This document shows positions 57,718-64,000 of a DNA stretch of 64,000 bases, piece after piece (within the stretch, counting starts at the first letter, position 1; the number at the start of each line of letters is the position of its first letter). The notes under the pieces are model-generated. The model had not been told where the DNA came from and ran no database searches. It worked only from the letters and a program-made list of their open reading frames with translations. Source of the DNA: an uncultured Flavipsychrobacter sp. (GTDB lineage Bacteria; Bacteroidota; Bacteroidia; Chitinophagales; Chitinophagaceae); contig CAZZCR010000004.1 in assembly GCA_964652995.1 (NCBI GenBank), forward strand, positions 85,954-149,953, in the 5' to 3' direction. The position numbers and the translations under genes were made by a program.

Positions 57718-59358
57718 ATGGAAGCAAACAGACGGGACGGAAACAAAGCCTGGACACCACTATTCTTTTCTTTTGTACTGATAGTCGGTATGGTGTTGGG
57801 TTTTAATATGCGTGACAGCCTTAAAAACAAGCGTGATATTGGTAATGCCTTGAGAAGAAACGACCGTATCGAAGAGATAATAGGTCTGATCAGGGAAAAA
57901 TATGTAGATACAATCAATACGAACGAATTATATGAAAATGCAGTGACCGGTCTTCTGACACCACTCGATCCGCACACTCTTTACATCCCAACAGAAGAAC
58001 TGGAGTCGGTCAATGAAGATCTGGAAGGAAGCTTCTCGGGTATCGGAATAGAATTTTCAATATTACGGGACACTCTTGAGGTAACCTCAGTAATAAAGAA
58101 CGGACCTGCTTATAAAGCCGGCATGATAGCCGGAGACCAAATACTGAAAGTTGACGACTCTCTGGTGGCAGGAAACGGTATTACGTCCGACCGCATTATG
58201 AAACTGTTGCGCGGCCAACAGAACAGTCTGGTGGACCTCACAGTGAGAAAAATATCAGACAATAAGGTGGCAGCAGTGACCATTAAACGGGATATGGTGC
58301 CAATATACAGTGTAGACGCTGCATTAATGTTAGATCAAAAGACAGGATATATTAAGATCAATCGTTTCAGTGCTACCACCTATGATGAGTTTGTGGAGGC
58401 ACTGGCTACGCTAAAAGAAAAAGGCGCATCTCAGCTGATAGTAGACCTGAGAGATAACCCCGGAGGCTATTTGGACGCAGCAACAACGATATGTGATGAA
58501 TTCATAGATGGAGATAAACTTCTTGTATACACGAACGGCCGGAAGAGCGGAAAGAACGAATATTATGCCGGCGAAAAGAGCAGCTTTGAACATGGTAAAA
58601 TAGCTATTCTGGTGGACGAAGGGTCCGCATCTGCAAGCGAAATACTGGCAGGCGCCGTACAAGACTGGGACAGAGGAATAATTGTGGGCCGCAGAACGTT
58701 TGGAAAAGGACTGGTGCAGGAACAATATGAAATGCCTGACGGTTCAGCACTCAGGTTGACTATTGCAAAATATTACACTCCGTCAGGCAGGTGTATCCAA
58801 CGCAGTTACAAGGAGGGGAAAGAAGCATACCGAGCTGATATTGAAAAGAGGTATGAAGATGGCGAACTAACCGGAAAAGAAAAAACGAAACCCGAAGACA
58901 CAACAAAGTATTACACAGCAAACCGACGACTTGTATACGGCGGTGGTGGAGTGAAACCCGATGTATATGTGGCATACGACACTAATAAATGGGCAACAGT
59001 GGCAATCGATGCGGCATACAGTGAAGAAATGAAAACAGCGATCTGGGATTATTATATTCGGAACAGATCAAAACTGAAATACAATTCCATCAGCGATTTT
59101 GTCCGTTACTTCAACGACGAGAAAAGTGTGATGAGCCGGTACATCTCTTCAATGCCGCTGGCAAACCGAAAGAATGCCGTGCAGCTGTTCGAGAAAAATA
59201 GTATCAACTATCTGAATACACAGATCAAGGCTGAATTGGCAAGGTATCTGTATCAGGACAATGGATATTATACAGTCAAATTAAAGGAAGATAATGTGGT
59301 CAACAAAGCTCTTACCACACTGAACAGCCCAATTTACGATAAGCTACTTAACCGATAG
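57718..59358 (+). CDS. ctpA: S41-family carboxy-terminal processing peptidase
   Basis: N-terminal TM anchor, a PDZ domain (GIGIEF…GPAYKAGMIAGDQILKVDD), and the catalytic region (LVDEGSASASEILAGA…GRRTFGKG). Confidence 0.9.
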   Translation: MEANRRDGNKAWTPLFFSFVLIVGMVLGFNMRDSLKNKRDIGNALRRNDRIEEIIGLIREKYVDTINTNELYENAVTGLLTPLDPHTLYIPTEELESVNEDLEGSFSGIGIEFSILRDTLEVTSVIKNGPAYKAGMIAGDQILKVDDSLVAGNGITSDRIMKLLRGQQNSLVDLTVRKISDNKVAAVTIKRDMVPIYSVDAALMLDQKTGYIKINRFSATTYDEFVEALATLKEKGASQLIVDLRDNPGGYLDAATTICDEFIDGDKLLVYTNGRKSGKNEYYAGEKSSFEHGKIAILVDEGSASASEILAGAVQDWDRGIIVGRRTFGKGLVQEQYEMPDGSALRLTIAKYYTPSGRCIQRSYKEGKEAYRADIEKRYEDGELTGKEKTKPEDTTKYYTANRRLVYGGGGVKPDVYVAYDTNKWATVAIDAAYSEEMKTAIWDYYIRNRSKLKYNSISDFVRYFNDEKSVMSRYISSMPLANRKNAVQLFEKNSINYLNTQIKAELARYLYQDNGYYTVKLKEDNVVNKALTTLNSPIYDKLLNR

Positions 59359-59806
59359 GCATAAAAGAGGGCAATGCATCCAGCCAAGTGATATTTACAA
59401 CATCAGACGCATCTGCGCAAAATACCTGATGGCCATTTGTAAGCAACCAATACCTGCAGGGCACCGACGAGTGGTAACTCAGCAGCTGAAATAGGGTTTC
59501 ATCAGTTATTGGCACATCTGGTCTTTTGCATTCCACAAGCATCCATGGCCGATGCATCCTATCATATACAACAATATCAAAACGCTTGGTCATTCCGGAG
59601 GAAATAATAGTCTTTTCAACCGCAATGAGCGCAAGAGGATATTTCATCTTCTTAATGAGCAGCTGCAGAAAATACTGTCGTACGTGTTCCTCAGGAGTGA
59701 GCACCAACCATTTTCGCCGTACAGGATCAAAAACAGTCGTTCTTCCGTCGACACTCCTGAGCTTCAATAAGACATCGCCGTAATCAACCGGTATCATAGG
59801 CGTCAA
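59348..59806 (-). CDS. stand-alone HsdR_N-like (PD-(D/E)xK fold) domain protein
   Basis: 152 aa. LTPEEHVRQ…, DIVVYD…MLVECK (D…E-x-K) is typical of 'type I restriction enzyme HsdR N-terminal domain' proteins. No helicase, methylase or specificity genes nearby. Confidence 0.7.
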   Translation of the reverse strand: MTPMIPVDYGDVLLKLRSVDGRTTVFDPVRRKWLVLTPEEHVRQYFLQLLIKKMKYPLALIAVEKTIISSGMTKRFDIVVYDRMHRPWMLVECKRPDVPITDETLFQLLSYHSSVPCRYWLLTNGHQVFCADASDVVNITWLDALPSFMPIG

Positions 59807-59826
59807 ATTTAACAGAAAAGAGGCTC

Positions 59827-59862
59827 AAATAAAGAGGCCGGTAAGAGAATCTTACCGGCCTC
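59827..59862 (-). terminator. rho-independent terminator of the right-hand giant gene
   Basis: 12-bp perfect stem gaggccggtaag / cttaccggcctc. On the minus strand it is followed by TTTATTTG. Confidence 0.65.
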
Positions 59863-59884
59863 AGGAAAACTTAACAAGAGCATA

Positions 59885-62800
59885 TTATCTGCTAATCGTT
59901 ACCGGAATGACCTTAGAACGGTCGCCGGAACGCAGATTGAGCAGGTACATTCCATTGCTCAAGGTATTGTCAACACTGATCTTTTCGTTGATGATACCGT
60001 TAACAGCCTTAACCTTGTCTGAATAGATAACCTGACCAAGCATGTTGGTGATGTCTACCTCTACCATCTCGGTAACGTCAGTGCCAAGTGAACCTTTTAC
60101 GGTGAACTGACCGTTATTCGGATTCGGAAGCACACGTGCATCCATATCGCGTACAGGAACTGACGCAACTCCAACGCTACCAACCTTGATCACAATCGAA
60201 TTGAACGAGTACTGACCGCCGCAAGGACCACTGCTCAAGATTCGGCAGGTAACCGTATCGAGATCCTGCAACAGACTTGTGATGAACGATGTAGCCGTTG
60301 CACCTGTGATCTCCTCACCATTGATGAGCCACTGCACCTCAGGTGAAGGACCTGCGTTTGTTATAACGGCAGTGAACGTAACGTTCTCACCCGGAGTGAC
60401 AGTTGTTCCGGCATCTGTAGTAATCACTATTGTTGGCGTCAATGGTAATGCTACATCCACTGTATCCTTAGCACTTACCACTGTACCGGTTGTACGGCAC
60501 TCGTAGTTGCTAGTCATCATACAGTAAATAACATCATTATCATCCGGAGCCACAGTGTAGGAAGAACCAGCACCCTGGAACACCCCGTTCTTCAACCATG
60601 AGTAGATCGGAGCGCTGCCACCATATGTTGGTACTGCTGTGTAAGTAACGCTTGCACCCAAACATATAGTACCTGTATGATCGCGACTGATAGCGACAGA
60701 AGGCGTAAACGTCGGATTAACCGTCATTGTCGCTGTATCACGTACAGAAGCTATTGAAGGACAAGCTGCAGAGCTATTCATGCTTACTTCCACCATGTCG
60801 CCATTTGAAGGCACATATGTGAACGCAGATGATGTGCTGCCAACAGGTACAGAGTTAACATACCACTGATAAGAAGGTGAAGCACCTCCGTTTGTAGCGG
60901 TAGCGGCATAAGTCACACTTGTCCCTGCACATACAGTCGAAGCAGTAGTCAAAGACACGCTAACAGCAGGCAGTACAGATGGAGTGATTGAAACCGATGC
61001 TGTACCGGACATTGCCCTGCTACAAGAAGTACTATTCGTTGCAAGTACTGTATATGTACCGGCTATCGTCTGCTCACCAAAGCTTACTGAACCGCCTGTT
61101 CCTATAACAGAAACTCCTGTTGACGCTGCGCCTCTGTACAACATGTATGTAACACCTGTCTCAGATGCAGATAAACCAACAGCAACTCCGCTACCACCTT
61201 CACAATAGCTACCACCACCGGTAATACTTGCTATTGCAGGCTGAGGATTAACGGAAACAGCAACTGTTCCTGACATTCCGATTTGGCATCCAGTAGCACT
61301 ATTCACGGCAGACACTGAGTAGACACCTGTCACCGAGTAGTTGCCGAACGAAAGTGTTCCAGTAGTGCTGGTAACTGCAGCCACTAATGATGAACCGCGA
61401 TATAGACGGTAAGAAACACCGCTCTGAGCACCGGACAGACCGATCACTGAACCGGACGTGCCTGAACAGTATCCACCACCACCGGTCACAGAATAAACTG
61501 TAGGCAACTCATTAACAGACACCAGAACAGTACCTGTCATTGTCCTTGAACAAGTGGTAGTGAGATTAGTTGCCACTACGGAGTAGTTACCTGTTGTAGC
61601 AAATGTACCGAAGTCAATTGCACTACCTGTTCCGTTAACAGGGATTCCTACTGCATTGCCATCGCGGAACAATTGGTAACTGATACCAGTTGAAGAACCA
61701 CCAAGACCAACATGAACCCCGGCTGCACCTGCGCAGTAGCTACCACCTCCCGTTAGAGAGAACGTAGAAGGCAGTGCATTGATCTGCACGTTTGCATTAC
61801 CGGCCATTGGCTTGATACAACCTGTAGCCGGGTTAATACCAACTACCGAGTAAGTACCTGCAACCGACTGAGCACCGAAGCTTATAGCAGCACCTGTACC
61901 CGACACCGGAGCGCCGACAATGGTAGCACCATTGTACAACCTATATACCATTCCCAATTCTGAACCAGACAGGGTAATAGCAACACCTGCAGAACCTGAA
62001 CATGCTGCACCACCACCGGCAACGTTAAACTGATCTGGTTGCGGATTGATAGTAACACTTGCCGAACCGGCCATATTCCTTGCACAAGAAGTGGCGTTGT
62101 TTATTGCAACAACAGAATATGTGCCTGCGGCAGTCCTTGCTCCGAAACTGATCGATGAACCTGTACCGGCAACAGGCGTACCCGAAGCAGTTGATCCATT
62201 GTACAATTGATAGCTAACGCCAGACTGTGATCCATCGAGTGACATAACGATTCCCGCGCCACCAGCACAGTAACTTGAACCACTTGCAATTACATTCTGA
62301 ACTGAAGGCAACGCATTGACACCTACTGTAGCTGTGCCTGACATATTAGAAGTACAACCGGTAAGTGCATCTGCTGCCCTCACTGTGTATGTACCGGCAT
62401 CTGTTTGGCTGCCGAATGTGATGTCTGAACCAGTACCGGCAACCGAAGAACCAACTGCTGATGAACCATTATACAAAGTGTACATAACACCAGCATCAGA
62501 ACCATCGATACCAACAGGAATACCTGTACCGCCTGCACAATAGTTACCTCCACCTGTCAAGCTATGAACAGCCGGAAGCGGATTAACTACCACTGTGCTG
62601 GTTCCGGTCATGTTTGATGAACAGCCTGTTGTGCTGTTGTTACCAACAACAGTATAGTTACCTGCATTCGGCTGCGCACCGAATGACAGCGGTGAACCTG
62701 TTCCCGCAATTGCCGCACCAACGGCAACTGAGCCGTTATACAGACGATAAGAAACACCCGCCTGAGATCCAGCCAGACCAACAGCAACACCAGAACCGCC

Positions 62801-64000
62801 TGAACAATATGCTCCACCGCCGGTCATTGCATATACATTCGGCAGTGTTGATACATTAACAGTTGCACTGCCGGTCATCGTTGCCGTACAATGTGTAGCA
62901 GAATTATCAGCAACTACTGTATAGTTACCAGTTGCAGTCTGAGGTCCGAAGCTTATCGCAGAACCGGTTCCAGAAACCGGACCACCTACCGCGGCAGAAC
63001 CGTTAAACAACTGGTAGGTTACACCGACAAAAGATGAAGAGAGACCAACTGCCACTCCTGAACCACCTGTGCAGTAATTACCACCACCGGTTACAGTGTA
63101 AGAAGCAGGGAGAGGATTCTGCATCACAGATGTCGAACCACTCATAGGTGCCGTACAACCCGTAGTTGCATGAGTTGCCAAAACAGAGTAGCTACCTGAA
63201 GCGGTGTATGAACCAAAACTAATTGCTCCACCTGAACCCGACACAGGAGCACCAACAGCAGAAGAGCCGTTATACAACCTATATGTTACACCTACAGACG
63301 AACCATCGAGTGTTATCGAAGCAGGAGTGCTACCGTTACAGTATGCACCACCACCCGATACATTGTATGCCATCGGAACGGCGTTTACTGAAACAGACGC
63401 GACACCTGTCATAGGTACAGTACATGACGTAAATGCACCCGAAGCGATAACATTATAAGAACCCGCTGCTGTCTGAGAACCGAAGTTCAGAGCAGATCCT
63501 GTACCTGCGATTGAAGTACCAACAGGGGTAGAACCATTGAACAACTGATAGTTGGTTCCAATTTGTGAACCACTCAGACCCACAACAACACCTGCGCCAC
63601 CCGTGCAGTAGCTACCACCACCTGTTACAGTATAAACAGAAGGCAGGCTATTGACAACAACATCTGCCTGATCGGACATGTTGCTGGTACAAGAGCTCAC
63701 AGCGTTAGTAGCACGCACTGTGTAAGTTCCGGCCACTGTCATGATACCAAAATCAAGGTCAGATCCGGTACCTGCAACCGGCGCACCAGCTGCAACAGAG
63801 CCACGGTATAGCTGATAGTTAACACCGCTATTTGAACCGCTAAGACCGACATGAACACCTGTAGACCCTGTACAGTAGCTGCCGCCTCCCGTAACTGCAT
63901 AAACAACAGGTGTTGTGTTAACACCAACGGTGGCAGCACCAGGCATTGCAGCAACACATCCTGTTACTGCGTCGGTAGCAACTACCGAATAAGTACCCGT
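59885..64000 (-). CDS. giant T9SS-secreted repeat protein, C-terminal part (5' end outside the window)
   Basis: The frame stays open to the window edge. Codons above the track's Met 63946 read TGTYSVVATDAVTGCVAAM…, continuing the repeat. Contents: at least 11 copies of an ~89-aa repeat, then three ~90-aa Ig-like modules (…GG.SP.Y.W..NG…, ~60185-60985), then a T9SS C-terminal domain (VLPNPNNGQFTV…VIPVTISR). Confidence 0.9.
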   Translation of the reverse strand, partial: TGTYSVVATDAVTGCVAAMPGAATVGVNTTPVVYAVTGGGSYCTGSTGVHVGLSGSNSGVNYQLYRGSVAAGAPVAGTGSDLDFGIMTVAGTYTVRATNAVSSCTSNMSDQADVVVNSLPSVYTVTGGGSYCTGGAGVVVGLSGSQIGTNYQLFNGSTPVGTSIAGTGSALNFGSQTAAGSYNVIASGAFTSCTVPMTGVASVSVNAVPMAYNVSGGGAYCNGSTPASITLDGSSVGVTYRLYNGSSAVGAPVSGSGGAISFGSYTASGSYSVLATHATTGCTAPMSGSTSVMQNPLPASYTVTGGGNYCTGGSGVAVGLSSSFVGVTYQLFNGSAAVGGPVSGTGSAISFGPQTATGNYTVVADNSATHCTATMTGSATVNVSTLPNVYAMTGGGAYCSGGSGVAVGLAGSQAGVSYRLYNGSVAVGAAIAGTGSPLSFGAQPNAGNYTVVGNNSTTGCSSNMTGTSTVVVNPLPAVHSLTGGGNYCAGGTGIPVGIDGSDAGVMYTLYNGSSAVGSSVAGTGSDITFGSQTDAGTYTVRAADALTGCTSNMSGTATVGVNALPSVQNVIASGSSYCAGGAGIVMSLDGSQSGVSYQLYNGSTASGTPVAGTGSSISFGARTAAGTYSVVAINNATSCARNMAGSASVTINPQPDQFNVAGGGAACSGSAGVAITLSGSELGMVYRLYNGATIVGAPVSGTGAAISFGAQSVAGTYSVVGINPATGCIKPMAGNANVQINALPSTFSLTGGGSYCAGAAGVHVGLGGSSTGISYQLFRDGNAVGIPVNGTGSAIDFGTFATTGNYSVVATNLTTTCSRTMTGTVLVSVNELPTVYSVTGGGGYCSGTSGSVIGLSGAQSGVSYRLYRGSSLVAAVTSTTGTLSFGNYSVTGVYSVSAVNSATGCQIGMSGTVAVSVNPQPAIASITGGGSYCEGGSGVAVGLSASETGVTYMLYRGAASTGVSVIGTGGSVSFGEQTIAGTYTVLATNSTSCSRAMSGTASVSITPSVLPAVSVSLTTASTVCAGTSVTYAATATNGGASPSYQWYVNSVPVGSTSSAFTYVPSNGDMVEVSMNSSAACPSIASVRDTATMTVNPTFTPSVAISRDHTGTICLGASVTYTAVPTYGGSAPIYSWLKNGVFQGAGSSYTVAPDDNDVIYCMMTSNYECRTTGTVVSAKDTVDVALPLTPTIVITTDAGTTVTPGENVTFTAVITNAGPSPEVQWLINGEEITGATATSFITSLLQDLDTVTCRILSSGPCGGQYSFNSIVIKVGSVGVASVPVRDMDARVLPNPNNGQFTVKGSLGTDVTEMVEVDITNMLGQVIYSDKVKAVNGIINEKISVDNTLSNGMYLLNLRSGDRSKVIPVTISR
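60985..64000 (-). repeat. at least 11 tandem ~89-aa (~267-nt) coding repeats of an unrecognised Ig-like family
   Basis: Pattern VTGGG.YC.G..GV.VGL.GS..GV.Y.LY.GS..VG..V.GTGS.I.FG.Q...G.Y.V.A.....GC...M.G...V.VN.LP, repeated head-to-tail. Confidence 0.8.

Noticed and set aside
59348-59806. A type I restriction-modification system.
   Set aside because: Only the small HsdR_N-like domain is present. No HsdM, HsdS or HsdR motor genes are in the window.
60279-63957. Out-of-frame and antisense ORFs inside the right-hand giant gene.
   Set aside because: Same reasoning as above: they are repeat-driven open frames nested in a long ORF with a clear repeat and T9SS C-terminal domain architecture.
1-64000. 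Search by eye for tRNA, rRNA, tmRNA, RNase P, riboswitch cores, transposases, integrases and inverted-repeat-flanked invertible promoters.
   Set aside because: I recognised none of them. This is only a visual scan, so small RNAs in particular could be missed. An Infernal/tRNAscan run would be decisive.

Overview
This is a 64-kb chromosomal segment that looks like Bacteroidota, probably Chitinophagaceae or Sphingobacteriia-like. The phylum call rests on four proteins with T9SS (type IX secretion) C-terminal sorting domains, SprB-type repeats, repeated TAnnTTTG promoter boxes placed just upstream of starts, and a YfhO/flippase/glycosyltransferase surface-glycan gene set. I saw no rRNA, tRNA, CRISPR array, transposase or integrase.

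Most of the window is housekeeping: fmt (3' end), fbaB, purB, folP, pepT, cystathionine beta-synthase, an arginase-family enzyme, hppA, a DEAD-box helicase, topA, ruvX, waaA, sdaA and an S41 protease. These are interleaved with cell-envelope genes. Two giant repeat-rich T9SS surface proteins take up about 12 kb: one of 8.2 kb, and one of more than 4.1 kb that runs off the right edge.

The best candidate for an undescribed system is at 48.75-53.7 kb:
- a perfect 44-bp palindrome in a divergent control region;
- three tandem paralogous phage-tail-collar-domain proteins with no phage context;
- an operon pairing a signal-peptide-less type-I periplasmic-binding-protein-like (AmiC-like) protein with a second full-length Fmt-like formyltransferase;
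- a convergent, signal-peptide-less trypsin-fold protease with an unusually long His-to-Asp spacing.

Other points worth a look:
- a multi-TM sensor ORF and a histidine kinase separated by a 1-nt frame offset at an A6 run;
- a recurring palindromic element with a compensatory base change;
- a structured 500-bp non-coding gap;
- a KirBac-type K+ channel translationally coupled to a glycan operon;
- a pair of distant paralogous T9SS cargo proteins of unknown function.

All calls come from reading the ORF translations and the DNA by eye. No database search or computation was run, so family names are motif-based recollections and coordinates of starts and hairpins are approximate.
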